From the IMG/VR virus record IMGVR_UViG_3300021411_000001, positions 1 to 54,770 of that record: 54,770 bases of DNA; one strand, given 5' to 3'. The notes beneath the pieces are model-generated. The model was not told where the DNA came from. It did no database searches and was given only the letters and a program-made list of their open reading frames with translations. The position numbers and the translations under genes are program-made. Numbering within the stretch: the first letter of the stretch is position 1; every line of letters begins with the position of its first letter. Shown here one piece after another: positions 7,346-16,369 of the stretch. Origin of the DNA: a virus. Lineage: Duplodnaviria > Caudoviricetes.

Positions 7346-9559
7346 TTAGGTTTGCGCCGGAGATTCCGTCTCCGTGGCGGTTCCAGATGTTGGTTCAGGC
7401 TGCGCGCTCTCGCCCCCGCCCTCTATAGGTCCTGGCATCTGGAAGAGATCCAGTTCCTGCTGAATCCGTGCGACTTCCGCACGGAATACTTCGATGTCGC
7501 CCTTCTGCATGAGACCAGCAAGCTTGACCTGCTCCTGCAGCGCCACTATCCGCTCCTTGCTCGCGATCTCCTGGGCCTTCGTCTTTATTGTCTCGTTCGC
7601 CTTCTCCAGGGCACCGACCAACTGCTCGTGCTGCGCACTGAGTGCCTGGAACTTCGCCTGCAGCGCTTGCTTCGCCACTTGCTCGTCGGTCTGGTCGTCC
7701 GTGCTCTCGAGCATCCCAGGCGGTAGGGACTGCCGCAGCCGCTTCACAATGACGGCAGAGTCCGGCCAGTCCATGTGCTCGACTATGATGTCGCCGATGA
7801 GTTTGAAGATGGCCGGGTCTGCCTTCACCAGGTCCATCATCGAGGACACTGCTTGCTGCCGCTTCGTTCCGTCCTTCGGGCCGACGCTCACGACGCATGC
7901 GTAGTCGCCGACGGTCATGTCGTACTTCTTCTTCTTGCCGTCCTTCTTGTCCTTGAACATCGCATTAATGAGGACTTGATCCTGCTTCTTGTCGGCTCGT
8001 GTGACCGATATGGTCCTCGCTGCATCATAGTAGTAGGGCATCATATCCAGAGCAACCTGGCCGCAGTGCTGTACTGCGCGCCTCATATTGTCCAACCAGT
8101 TGAAGTTGCCGGACTCGCTTTCCATCTTGCGGGCGTCGATCGCCTTGCCGGACTCCTGGGGTCCGCGCTGGCCGAGCGACGCGTCGAATATGTTGAAGCC
8201 GAGTTTCAGATCGTTGTCAGCCTGCCGGATGGCCATAATCATGGCCTGCACTGGCGGGTCGACGCTGTTCCGCTGTGGGGCCCCTACGAGCTGGCCCCCC
8301 TTCTCCACTGCGTCATACGGTAGATATGGCCATGCCTCTTCATTCGCACTGTCCCAGATGGCCTTATACTTTGCTACCTGTTGTGCTTCTGCCACAAACG
8401 GCGACTTGGGTGCGAGGGCGATCATTTCGGTAAATGCCGTCACCCAGTAGTTATACATGCGCTGGGCATCACGGTTGGCTCGAACCAGACCCGACAACCG
8501 CACCTGACCGCGGATGTTCTTACGCCGTCCCTGAACCATGATGAGCGGAATCCACTTGCCGCCGATCAGCCGGCCCGCAGTCTTATCATCATTGCCGTCG
8601 AGAATCTCCATGGCATTGTGCTTGCACCACATGATCTTCTTGCGGGAGCTCATGCGCGTAATCGCCTTGTCGTTCTCGTCCATCAGAAGCTGGTCGTCTG
8701 CCGTCAGTTCATCCTCGAACTTGCCGGAGCCGTCGGCCAACTGGAAGAGCTCTGCCTCTTCCTCGTCCACATAATAGTACTCGGCGACCCTGATCGTGCC
8801 GTTGGTAACCCAGTCTGGAGCATCGTCTCCGATGCTCATCATGCCGGTCAGTGACGCTGCAGCCAGCTTCGACTTGGGATACTCCGACATATACTCGCCG
8901 ACTGGCATGTCCTCGACGATGTGCCCCCACTTGATGTCCTTGCGCGTAGGTTCCACTGCAGTAGGGTCTACATAGACATTGAAGTCATTGTCGAATCCTT
9001 GAATGACCATCTTCTGGTCGAAGGATTTCTCACTCTCATACTGCGTGACGATGCGGAACCAGCTCCATCCCTTCTCGAGCATCCGGTCGTAGGCCTCGTC
9101 GTACACAGTGTCCGCGGTGCTGTCATACTCGATGTGCTTGATGAGACCCTGCTTGATTTCAGCTGTCTCCTTGTCGCTGCCATTCCCTGTTGGGTCGATC
9201 TTGATGGAGAGTTCAGCGCTCCTCTGCTCATTGGCGACATGCGCGATCATCGGAAGAAAGCGGTTGATGGTCAGGCACGGCCGCTTCTTGGCTTCACGCT
9301 TGCTTCGTACCGTCGGATCCCACTGGCCTTCACCGTCCACCATGAGGACGTCGATCATGCCCTCTTTGCGGTTATAGGCCTCTGCATCGGACGCCATTCT
9401 CTGGCGTGCCACAGATTGTGCGAGGAACTTCTCGACGGATTCGGTGACTGTATCCCTGGTCGGATCATCATCCGCGAGGTCAATACGTGCGGTTACACCT
9501 AGGCGACCGTCCCGTATCTCTACCCTCTGTCGTACTTTCCGCTGGCTCCTGCTTGCCAC
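7346..9559 (-). CDS. Portal protein, P22 gp1 family
   Basis: GEGQWDP, RPCLTINR, DAQRMYNYW, ALAPKSPF, ESGKAIDARK, C-terminal helical barrel; 737 aa; AAGGAG RBS with GTG start. Confidence 0.93.
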   Translation of the reverse strand: MASRSQRKVRQRVEIRDGRLGVTARIDLADDDPTRDTVTESVEKFLAQSVARQRMASDAEAYNRKEGMIDVLMVDGEGQWDPTVRSKREAKKRPCLTINRFLPMIAHVANEQRSAELSIKIDPTGNGSDKETAEIKQGLIKHIEYDSTADTVYDEAYDRMLEKGWSWFRIVTQYESEKSFDQKMVIQGFDNDFNVYVDPTAVEPTRKDIKWGHIVEDMPVGEYMSEYPKSKLAAASLTGMMSIGDDAPDWVTNGTIRVAEYYYVDEEEAELFQLADGSGKFEDELTADDQLLMDENDKAITRMSSRKKIMWCKHNAMEILDGNDDKTAGRLIGGKWIPLIMVQGRRKNIRGQVRLSGLVRANRDAQRMYNYWVTAFTEMIALAPKSPFVAEAQQVAKYKAIWDSANEEAWPYLPYDAVEKGGQLVGAPQRNSVDPPVQAMIMAIRQADNDLKLGFNIFDASLGQRGPQESGKAIDARKMESESGNFNWLDNMRRAVQHCGQVALDMMPYYYDAARTISVTRADKKQDQVLINAMFKDKKDGKKKKYDMTVGDYACVVSVGPKDGTKRQQAVSSMMDLVKADPAIFKLIGDIIVEHMDWPDSAVIVKRLRQSLPPGMLESTDDQTDEQVAKQALQAKFQALSAQHEQLVGALEKANETIKTKAQEIASKERIVALQEQVKLAGLMQKGDIEVFRAEVARIQQELDLFQMPGPIEGGGESAQPEPTSGTATETESPAQT

Positions 9560-9571
9560 TAGGTCTTCTCC

Positions 9572-9736
9572 TTAGTAGGCATACTTTTTCTTTTTCTTCT
9601 TCGCCATACTCGCAGCGAAGTCCCTCAGTGACGTCTTAGGCATACTCAGCATCCCCTTGTTGCGGGCGTACAATTTGTCGGGTGCGTGCAGCGCGATAGC
9701 CATTGCCTCGCGCTGCTTCTCGCTCTTCGCGGGCAT
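9572..9736 (-). CDS. Small basic protein (DUF3008-like, 54 aa), absent from the ORF track
   Basis: Hand-translated MPAKSEKQREAMAIALHAPDKLYARNKGMLSMPKTSLRDFAASMAKKKKKKYAY; GGAGG RBS. Confidence 0.7.
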   Translation of the reverse strand: MPAKSEKQREAMAIALHAPDKLYARNKGMLSMPKTSLRDFAASMAKKKKKKYAY

Positions 9737-9737
9737 G

Positions 9738-10322
9738 CTAGCCTCCAGTTATTTCGGTCCAGGCAAGCTCAACTAGCAATTCGGCCTGCCCTGCCGCACC
9801 GAAAAGATTCTCGTTCAGAATGACCAGCCCTTCATTCTGCTTTAGCACGAAGGGGTACTCACCTGCCTCGAGCTCGAGGTCATTGGAGTAGACGGCCGGG
9901 TTCGGCGTTGTGATGGTCAAGTTCGTATTCAGCGTCAGTATCGGGTGCGTGTCGAGGGTCTTGGTCCCGGATGTAAGGCCAGCGGCAAGCGATATTGACC
10001 CGCGCATGTCCCCTGTGGCGATCTTTGTGTTGGGCTGCTTGATATTCTTCTTGCCACTATTGGGCGTCAATGCAGCGCCTGCAGTATCAGACACCGTCCA
10101 GTTCCTTGCAATCCAGGCGTCATAGCGCGGGAAGATGGTGGCTGTCGCAGCAACGTTCTGTATGGCCCGCAGCTTCAGCTTGTCGATTCGAAGGAAGGTA
10201 TCCGGATCCGTCCAGCGGAGCGAGAACACTAAACTGCCAGCCGCCTGGGTCGCTATGAGCAACAGGTCGATTGACGTCCTGAACTGCCCGATTACTCCGC
10301 TGTCTTGAAGTCGTGGTAGCAT
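9738..10322 (-). CDS. Hypothetical beta-rich protein, possibly virion-associated
   Basis: AGGAGAGGAG RBS; fills the operon between TerL and portal. Confidence 0.65.
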   Translation of the reverse strand: MLPRLQDSGVIGQFRTSIDLLLIATQAAGSLVFSLRWTDPDTFLRIDKLKLRAIQNVAATATIFPRYDAWIARNWTVSDTAGAALTPNSGKKNIKQPNTKIATGDMRGSISLAAGLTSGTKTLDTHPILTLNTNLTITTPNPAVYSNDLELEAGEYPFVLKQNEGLVILNENLFGAAGQAELLVELAWTEITGG

Positions 10323-10332
10323 CTCCTCTCCT

Positions 10333-10656
10333 TTAGTAGCTTCCGCTCTCGGTTTTCTCTTCGGCTGCGATCTCGCCGATCTTCTTGGTGAGGAAGTCCG
10401 TCACTCCCTTGTAGTCTTCGAAGACGAACTTTTCATCTGGCAGGTAGTCGCTGCAGTAGACTTCCTTTTTGCGGTTCGCTGCCTGAATTTCCGGCTTCAT
10501 GCAATAGCTGCACCGGACTGTCAGTCCGTTCTCTGCAGGCTCGATGTTGATGCTGGAAATGTAGAAGTCGCTCTTCTTCGCTTTCTTCTGCTTGATCCTC
10601 GCCGATACGCCGAGGTCGCTCTCTGTCACTTGACTTTTGGCCACTGTTCCCTCCAT
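10333..10656 (-). CDS. Hypothetical protein
   Basis: ATG overlaps the upstream TAA (or GTG at about 10644 after GGAGGG); ISSINIEPAENG motif. Confidence 0.6.
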   Translation of the reverse strand: MEGTVAKSQVTESDLGVSARIKQKKAKKSDFYISSINIEPAENGLTVRCSYCMKPEIQAANRKKEVYCSDYLPDEKFVFEDYKGVTDFLTKKIGEIAAEEKTESGSY

Positions 10657-10847
10657 TAGACTTGTGCTGGGGCAGGGCCCCACTCTTCTTGTCGCCTTAA
10701 AAAAGGCTTGACCGTTTCAAATACCTGGCGTCGGTGCTCTTCTGGCACACGGCCGAGCACAGCCTGCAATTCCGCATGCGACCTGATGCTGCGGGCCATC
10801 CGTATCATCTTGAGTCGGGCACGGGCTGCTTTCTGACGCGGTTTCAT
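10656..10847 (-). CDS. Small basic hypothetical protein
   Basis: 63-aa ORF in operon orientation, coupled to the next gene. Confidence 0.5.
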   Translation of the reverse strand: MKPRQKAARARLKMIRMARSIRSHAELQAVLGRVPEEHRRQVFETVKPFLRRQEEWGPAPAQV

Positions 10848-10893
10848 ATATCCAACTAGGCCGCTGTGGCGCAGGATTATTTAGCCAGCGTTT

Positions 10894-11664
10894 TCAATTG
10901 CTCATCCAGCCCTGCGCATTGCCCCCTATGACCCATTCGCCAGAACCCGGTACGACAAGCAGTTCTGCCGGCTTCGGGGTCCACTTGCTGATTGCCATCA
11001 GACCATAGCGGAAGGCATCCATAAGGTGGTCGTTTCGCTTAACTGGCTTGCCTTTAAGGTCGCGCCGGTACATCCTGTACTCTTCCTGGAAGTACTTGCA
11101 GGTCTTGAACACCTTGAATCTGCCGCTGGAGAGGCGGAGCCAGGCCTCATAGATGCCTGCTTCAACGGAGTTGTCTGCCAACTCGAGATTAAGGCCAAGC
11201 TTCCGGTATGTGTTCGTTAGTTGCTCGCCATCCTCTGCTTTGCGCTCGCCGTTGGCACTGGGGTCGATATGGCCGAGCATCCACTCGCCCCTCGCCTTGA
11301 TTGCTCCTGCATGCTCGTAGGGCGATACGCCTCCCATGTAGTGCTCAGACCACAGATAGACTGTATCGGTCTGAATGTCCCACGCCATGAATGCCGCAGC
11401 CGTTCTGTTCCAGCCTACGTCGAAGCCGTACCCCCGCATCCAGTGCGCTGGGATCTCGAAGTCGGCGATCAGGATGTCCTCGAGCGAGGCACACTGGTAG
11501 ATCAGCCCTGATCCCAGGTTCGGTATCCCGCGCATGCGAGCATCTCTCTGGTACTCCGGGATCGTCTTCGCGAGCTCATCACGCATCCCCTTGTCGAGGT
11601 GCGGTGCGTCGTCCCATGTCGCGGTTATGACTGCTCGTGCGTTCTTCTGCTCGAGGACTTCCAT
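10894..11664 (-). CDS. terL: Terminase large subunit, C-terminal part (ATPase lid + RNase H-like nuclease)
   Basis: ATWDDAPHL, DARMRGIPNLGSG, GFDVGW, IDPS, NSVEAGI, NDHLMDAFRY (P22 gp2-like); own AAGGAG RBS. Confidence 0.9.
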   Translation of the reverse strand: MEVLEQKNARAVITATWDDAPHLDKGMRDELAKTIPEYQRDARMRGIPNLGSGLIYQCASLEDILIADFEIPAHWMRGYGFDVGWNRTAAAFMAWDIQTDTVYLWSEHYMGGVSPYEHAGAIKARGEWMLGHIDPSANGERKAEDGEQLTNTYRKLGLNLELADNSVEAGIYEAWLRLSSGRFKVFKTCKYFQEEYRMYRRDLKGKPVKRNDHLMDAFRYGLMAISKWTPKPAELLVVPGSGEWVIGGNAQGWMSN

Positions 11665-11665
11665 G

Positions 11666-12214
11666 CTACTCCTTAGACAACTGGCTTGAGATCATCTTGT
11701 TCTTCGCATCCGACCCTGCGCTGGAGCCAAAATAGTACGCCAAGACCATGATTAGGGCGGAGTCCATGGTCCCCATGACGCGCCCGACTACCACACCATC
11801 GATGTCCTTCGGCAGGCCATGCCAAAGGATGATCCCCTCGAAGAGCAGTGTGATGCCCACGACTACGAAGGCGAGGATCTTGTTAGTATGGTCCTTGACT
11901 GCGACCTCGCGAGCCCTGGCGTCCGCTCGATCGGCATTGTCCGCAGCGAGGAGGGCTTCTGCACTGTTGATGCCAATCTCCTTCATCTTAATTGTGAAGT
12001 CATTCTCGATCTGCTTCAGTTTGAGGAATGCTTCGGGATCCACTGCCTGTGCCTGGGCTATCGCGTCCGATATGCCGACGTGTGATGCTTCAACCTTGTC
12101 GAGGCCGAATGCCTTGCCGACCATCGAGGCGACAATGACTGCCGGCGGTCCGCCTATGCTCGCCGCTGCAGAAATGAATGGATAAGCTTTCCCAAGAATG
12201 TCCTTGAAACCCAT
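11666..12214 (-). CDS. Probable holin (3TM-holin-like), located between the two terL parts
   Basis: Start MGFKDILG after AAAGGAG; ADRADARAREV, two C-terminal TM helices, YYFGSSAGS. Confidence 0.75.
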   Translation of the reverse strand: MGFKDILGKAYPFISAAASIGGPPAVIVASMVGKAFGLDKVEASHVGISDAIAQAQAVDPEAFLKLKQIENDFTIKMKEIGINSAEALLAADNADRADARAREVAVKDHTNKILAFVVVGITLLFEGIILWHGLPKDIDGVVVGRVMGTMDSALIMVLAYYFGSSAGSDAKNKMISSQLSKE

Positions 12215-12447
12215 GATCCTTCTCCTTTGATTTTGTGATGGCAGCCTGGTGCGTTCAGCACATAGGCTTCCAGCTTCTCTGCGAATACCCATGCAGCGTC
12301 CACCAATTCGTCCTCGTCATTACCTGCCTGAAAGAACGAGCAGTTAGTTGCATTAGGGTGGCGCAGCGTCATGAACTGGTCCGTTAGTTCGGTCTCGAAA
12401 CCCCTCATATCGAGTTCTATCAGCTTCCACGCGCTTCGTGGCGTCAT
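12154..12447 (-). CDS. Hypothetical protein (97 aa) between the two terL parts
   Basis: MTPRSAWKL start overlaps the terL-N stop (ATGA); AAGGAAGGAG RBS. Confidence 0.6.
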   Translation of the reverse strand: MTPRSAWKLIELDMRGFETELTDQFMTLRHPNATNCSFFQAGNDEDELVDAAWVFAEKLEAYVLNAPGCHHKIKGEGSWVSRTFLGKLIHSFLQRRA

Positions 12448-13217
12448 AGCTTGTCTCCTTCCTTGTCGTACATCTCTGTGACCTCCGTCAGTCCTAGGAC
12501 CGGCGTGTAGGTCAGTATCACTATCCCGTCGACTGTCATAATGCGCATCTCGCATGCAGAATTCACATCGGCGGGCACTTCCTCGTCATTCCATATCACG
12601 TGCTTCGCATTTGACTCAAAGCTTTCTGCCCCCTGGGTGTAGGCCTTGAACTGAACCAACGAGGTCCCCCCCTTAACGTGCCTTACAGCTACGGTGTCCA
12701 TGCCGAACTTCGAAAAGCCGTGGTAGTTGTGCCGCACAATCAGTTCGCGCGGTATGAACCCGGATCCGATCTCTTCAGGTTTCTGCGGGTTGCCCAACAG
12801 TGCGGCCTGGTTGACATCGCGCACCTTCTCCCATGAGATGTTGCTGGCCCACACCTCTACTGGCTCTGTGAATACCTTGCCATCCCACCAGTCGGGATAG
12901 ATGCCTGTCAGGTGGCAGGTCACCTCGTACGCCGCAGCCTCAGTCTTGCCGATACGGTTGGCCGCGCGGAAACACCTGAAGCGGTAGATCTTCCCTGCGC
13001 TGAAGAAGATCATGTGCTTCGTGTACTTCCTGCGGGCGTGCATCAGCTTGCCGCCGACGATTGTGTCCTCGTCTGGGAAGTAGATCCTGAACTTGTGCGC
13101 TGCCTTCGAGGCCAACTCGAGCACCTCGCGGTTCGCAGCATCGCCTGCAGCCCTTGCTGTGAGCGTCTCGAATGCTTTAACTGCCTTCTTACCGCTAAGC
13201 AGGTCTCCGAGTCTCAC
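12444..13217 (-). CDS. terL: Terminase large subunit, N-terminal ATPase part
   Basis: Walker A RAANRIGKT, HLTGIYPDWWDGK, Walker B VIWNDEE, coupling motif LTYTP; GTG start overlapping the upstream TGA. Confidence 0.9.
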   Translation of the reverse strand: MRLGDLLSGKKAVKAFETLTARAAGDAANREVLELASKAAHKFRIYFPDEDTIVGGKLMHARRKYTKHMIFFSAGKIYRFRCFRAANRIGKTEAAAYEVTCHLTGIYPDWWDGKVFTEPVEVWASNISWEKVRDVNQAALLGNPQKPEEIGSGFIPRELIVRHNYHGFSKFGMDTVAVRHVKGGTSLVQFKAYTQGAESFESNAKHVIWNDEEVPADVNSACEMRIMTVDGIVILTYTPVLGLTEVTEMYDKEGDKL

Positions 13218-13927
13218 AGCAGTCCCCCATCGTAATTCGCCATTGTGCATGACACGCCAGCATCATTGCCGAAGAAGTAGATGCCCGGCATGCCGTACGA
13301 TATCGGGCCGACCGCGTCCACGAATGTCCCTTGGAGGGTCCCGTTAAGGTACGCTCGGATGGTCGTGAAGCCGACTGACAGGGCAGCTTCGATCCTCAAC
13401 GTGTCGCCGGCGACGACCGAGGGAATGGTCCCCAATGACGCTAGACTGACACTACCGGATTTGAAAACATCCACTGCTAGGCCGACCTTCCTGATGCAGA
13501 GCCAATATGCGTTGCCCCTGTTCGGGTCTATGCACACGCCGGGGCCTATCGCATTCCCGGCTCCGGGTGTACCTGACGGAGCATTGGATACGACCGTTAT
13601 CTGCGAGTACTGGTTCGCGCCAGACAGCAAGTCCTGCGAGAGTTTGGTCGGTAGGAAAGCGCACTTCGCCGTGCCACCCCCCGTCGTCGTAAGGCCAGTG
13701 ACCCCCAGATTCAGAAGTCCGTCGAGCGTGGAGCCAGCAGTGCCTGAGTCGGGCCCGAAGCAGACCTGCCATTCCGAAGTTATAAAAGAAGTTAATTCGT
13801 CGGGCGGCGTAGTGAGCGGGTCTGTGAACCTCGTGCGCCCGCCGTTGATGTTGCTGTCCTCCGGCCAGATGCGGAACTCCTTGCGCCTGTAAAGTGGCCC
13901 TGAAGCGGGGGTTACTCGTAGTGGCAT
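13214..13927 (-). CDS. Beta-sandwich (lectin-like) putative tail/virion protein
   Basis: Start MPLRVTP coupled by TGATG; Gly/Ser/Thr-rich; GDTLRIEA..TIRAYLNGTLQGT..G.PGIY. Confidence 0.55.
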   Translation of the reverse strand: MPLRVTPASGPLYRRKEFRIWPEDSNINGGRTRFTDPLTTPPDELTSFITSEWQVCFGPDSGTAGSTLDGLLNLGVTGLTTTGGGTAKCAFLPTKLSQDLLSGANQYSQITVVSNAPSGTPGAGNAIGPGVCIDPNRGNAYWLCIRKVGLAVDVFKSGSVSLASLGTIPSVVAGDTLRIEAALSVGFTTIRAYLNGTLQGTFVDAVGPISYGMPGIYFFGNDAGVSCTMANYDGGLL

Positions 13928-14259
13928 CAGCTTGGTACCGCCGCCATGGTAAGGAAGTAATCGATATCCGCCCCCGCAGTCTGCCATGCCTGGATCGTAT
14001 CGCCAGGCAGGATCTGCAGGCGGAGGTCGATCTCAAGCGTCTGACCTGGCTTCAACACGCTGTTGGTCGAGTCGCCTGCGAAGACATATACCCCTGCGAT
14101 GAGCAGGTTGATAATCCTGCTCGATGCCCCGCGATTGCACATGGTGCCGAACAGTCTGACTGACTGCTTGCTTGCTGGGGCATCCATAAGGACTGAGGGC
14201 GTAATGCTGAGTGTGCCGATCGCCCTCGTTAGTGTCGACACTCCTATCGGTGCTGCCAT
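13927..14259 (-). CDS. Small beta-rich putative virion protein
   Basis: GGAG RBS; ends ILPGDTIQAW...; in the tail cluster. Confidence 0.55.
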   Translation of the reverse strand: MAAPIGVSTLTRAIGTLSITPSVLMDAPASKQSVRLFGTMCNRGASSRIINLLIAGVYVFAGDSTNSVLKPGQTLEIDLRLQILPGDTIQAWQTAGADIDYFLTMAAVPS

Positions 14260-14261
14260 TG

Positions 14262-14651
14262 TTAGTCTCCGAAGAAGAGCGCTTCTGCGCTCAATGGGTA
14301 GTTGTATCCTATCGTGACGACCGCCGCCTGGTTCACCGGGTCGTCCTCTATGTCGATGAGTATTGCATCACTTGGTATCAAGTCCATTGTCGACCTGGTG
14401 GAGACCTCCACGCCGTTCAGCTCGAAGATCGTTCCGCGACCAGTAATGAAGTTGAGCAGGTCATTGAACCACTTCAGCCAGGGGTACGACACGAGTGTCC
14501 CGCCAGTCCCCTTCTTGCCGCCGCCCTCCACTCCTTGCTGCTTGCCGGTCTTGTAGAATGACTGCCTGGCGTCCAGGGCTGCAAGCGCAGCGTCATCCCA
14601 GTCAAGGAACGGAGTCCTATACGGTGGAGGCGGAGCTGTCCTGTTCGGCAT
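14262..14651 (-). CDS. Putative tail-needle/adaptor-like protein
   Basis: N-terminal PPPPYRTPFLD...VSYPWLKWFNDL resembles proteins I recall being encoded after gp10 in P22-like podoviruses; AAGGAGG RBS. Confidence 0.45.
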   Translation of the reverse strand: MPNRTAPPPPYRTPFLDWDDAALAALDARQSFYKTGKQQGVEGGGKKGTGGTLVSYPWLKWFNDLLNFITGRGTIFELNGVEVSTRSTMDLIPSDAILIDIEDDPVNQAAVVTIGYNYPLSAEALFFGD

Positions 14652-14823
14652 CGCACACCTCCTTGAAGTGATCGAGCATCTTGCCGCTCACGATCAGCCT
14701 CCAGTCTCCACTGGGCAGCTTCGACAGTTCGAGCGTCTCCCTGTCGACGTACAGCACTACGAGTTTCGCCTGGTCGATCTCGAGCACCTGGTCGGTGCCG
14801 TTAACCTTCAGCTGGATCTTCAT
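14617..14823 (-). CDS. Hypothetical protein
   Basis: 68-aa ORF in operon orientation. Confidence 0.5.
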   Translation of the reverse strand: MKIQLKVNGTDQVLEIDQAKLVVLYVDRETLELSKLPSGDWRLIVSGKMLDHFKEVCDAEQDSSASTV

Positions 14824-14956
14824 GCTTCACCCTGTCCTTCATCACCTTGCAATAGACTTGACTGTCCTCGTACCTCTTATAGGCCATGTAGCAACACCAC
14901 GCGAGACCTTGCTCGTCCCAGTATATGGGCTCATTGCAGATGTAACACCTGTCCAT
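14801..14956 (-). CDS. Cys-rich micro-protein (51 aa), absent from the ORF track
   Basis: Hand-translated MDRCYICNEPIYWDEQGLAWCCYMAYKRYEDSQVYCKVMKDRVKHEDPAEG; starts 1 nt after the fibre stop. Confidence 0.5.
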   Translation of the reverse strand: MDRCYICNEPIYWDEQGLAWCCYMAYKRYEDSQVYCKVMKDRVKHEDPAEG

Positions 14957-14957
14957 G

Positions 14958-16268
14958 TTAGTAGAGGCACGCAACTGGCCCGACTCCCGCAGTGAACGTC
15001 GTCGGAACAGTCAATGCAGGGAAGGTCCCAAACGTCCCTGTTGCCGATGTGGTTAACACATCCACGAAAGTCAGGGTTGCGATTGTCCTGAATCGGGCAG
15101 ATGTTCCATTATATTGGATCCCTATGTAGTAACGAGCAGGCCCGACCGCTGCGTATGTGCCGGTGAATGCCACGTCCTGAAAGACGTTGGTACCTGCCTC
15201 CGCGGTACCCGCCAGCGCACTGTTGGCGAGGGCCGACCCGTTCGCGCCGGCGTAGATCGCAACGTTGACGCTGTTCGCTGCCGCCGATCCGTTAAGCGTA
15301 CTCACACCTGTGACCGTCATGTTGACGGGCAACCATACTTCAGACCAGTACGTAGTTCCGCTGACTGGCGTAGTGTCCGTGCCGACCGACCCGTACGCCA
15401 CCGATCCGACTGGTACAGAGCAGACCCTTGAGCGGCCATTGCTTAGCGAAGTGATCTTGGGCGTAGTGAGCGTCTTGTTCGTAAGAGTCTGGGTCGCAGT
15501 GTCGAGGACTACCGTTCCGCTCTCGTTAGGCCCTGTGTATGTCCTGGTCGTCGCTGTGGTGATCCCCGACGCCTCAAAGGCGATCTTCTTGGTGTTGTCG
15601 CCGTTATCCGCTACGGTGAACGTGGAGTCCAGGGCGGTGATGCTATTGGTTGTGCCGATGACCTTGTTTGTGATGGTCTGAACCAAAGTATCGAGCACGA
15701 TGACACCGTTCGCATCGGGCAAGGTGTAGGTGCGGGTCGTCGCAGTCGTGATGGACGTCGCGCTGAACTGCGCCTGCTTCGTAGTGTCCGTATTGGCTTG
15801 GAGCGTAAAAAGGTTGTCCTTGACCGTGATGGTGTTGGTGTTGTTTAGCACCTTGTTGGACAAAGTCTGTACGCTTGTCGTGTCGACGATCGCACCTGAG
15901 ATGTTGCTGGCAAGTGGAGCGCACACATTGTCCTGGGTCCACTGCGTCACGCTCAGGCTGTTCTGTAGCACGAGCTTGTAGCATGCAGCGGTCGAGAGGT
16001 AGATCGTCGCCCTGCCTGCGGAGTCAAGCACTACTGGGTTGGCGTTGGGTGTACCGATTGAATCAGCATACGACGCAAGTGGGGTGCCTGGGCAGGTCGC
16101 CCCTGCAGTGCATGTGTACAGCTTGCCTCCGCTCAGTGGGTTGCCGTTGGCATCGAACAGCTGCAGCTTGGCATACGGCATGATGGTATAACTCTGGCCG
16201 TACGTGTGGTCGATGCTAACACAGAACAGGATGGCTACAAGCGCAGCCAGGAAAAGTATTCGCTTCAC
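14958..16268 (-). CDS. Tail fibre/spike with P22-type head-binding domain and N-terminal signal peptide (436 aa)
   Basis: GTG start with GAGGAGGG RBS, overlapping the upstream TGA; MKRILFLAALVAILFCVSIDHTYG|QS; FDANGNPLSGGKLYT...NANPVVLDSAGRATIYL; about 60-aa TRTYTLPD...QTLTNK repeats; C-terminal domain ending PVACLY. Confidence 0.85.
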   Translation of the reverse strand: MKRILFLAALVAILFCVSIDHTYGQSYTIMPYAKLQLFDANGNPLSGGKLYTCTAGATCPGTPLASYADSIGTPNANPVVLDSAGRATIYLSTAACYKLVLQNSLSVTQWTQDNVCAPLASNISGAIVDTTSVQTLSNKVLNNTNTITVKDNLFTLQANTDTTKQAQFSATSITTATTRTYTLPDANGVIVLDTLVQTITNKVIGTTNSITALDSTFTVADNGDNTKKIAFEASGITTATTRTYTGPNESGTVVLDTATQTLTNKTLTTPKITSLSNGRSRVCSVPVGSVAYGSVGTDTTPVSGTTYWSEVWLPVNMTVTGVSTLNGSAAANSVNVAIYAGANGSALANSALAGTAEAGTNVFQDVAFTGTYAAVGPARYYIGIQYNGTSARFRTIATLTFVDVLTTSATGTFGTFPALTVPTTFTAGVGPVACLY

Positions 16269-16369
16269 GGTCCCTCCTCGAAGTCCTCGTCGTTTAATAT
16301 GGTCCCGCATGCGCAGCACACGGGGCAGCAGCAAAGGCAGTGCGTGCCGTCAATGCTTTGGCAGCACAT
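16265..16369 (-). CDS. Cys-rich micro-protein (34 aa, 9 Cys)
   Basis: Hand-translated MCCQSIDGTHCLCCCPVCCACGTILNDEDFEEGP; TGATG and GTGA coupling on either side. Confidence 0.55.
   Translation of the reverse strand: MCCQSIDGTHCLCCCPVCCACGTILNDEDFEEGP

Noticed and set aside
11665-12443. Group I/II intron or intein interrupting terL
   Set aside because: The gap is fully occupied by two RBS-bearing ORFs, terL-C has its own RBS, and no intron core, homing nuclease or intein motifs are visible; RT-PCR would be needed to exclude splicing completely
14958-15430. Diversity-generating retroelement template/variable repeat explaining the paralogous C-termini
   Set aside because: The similarity is at protein level with many non-adenine differences, and no reverse transcriptase is present
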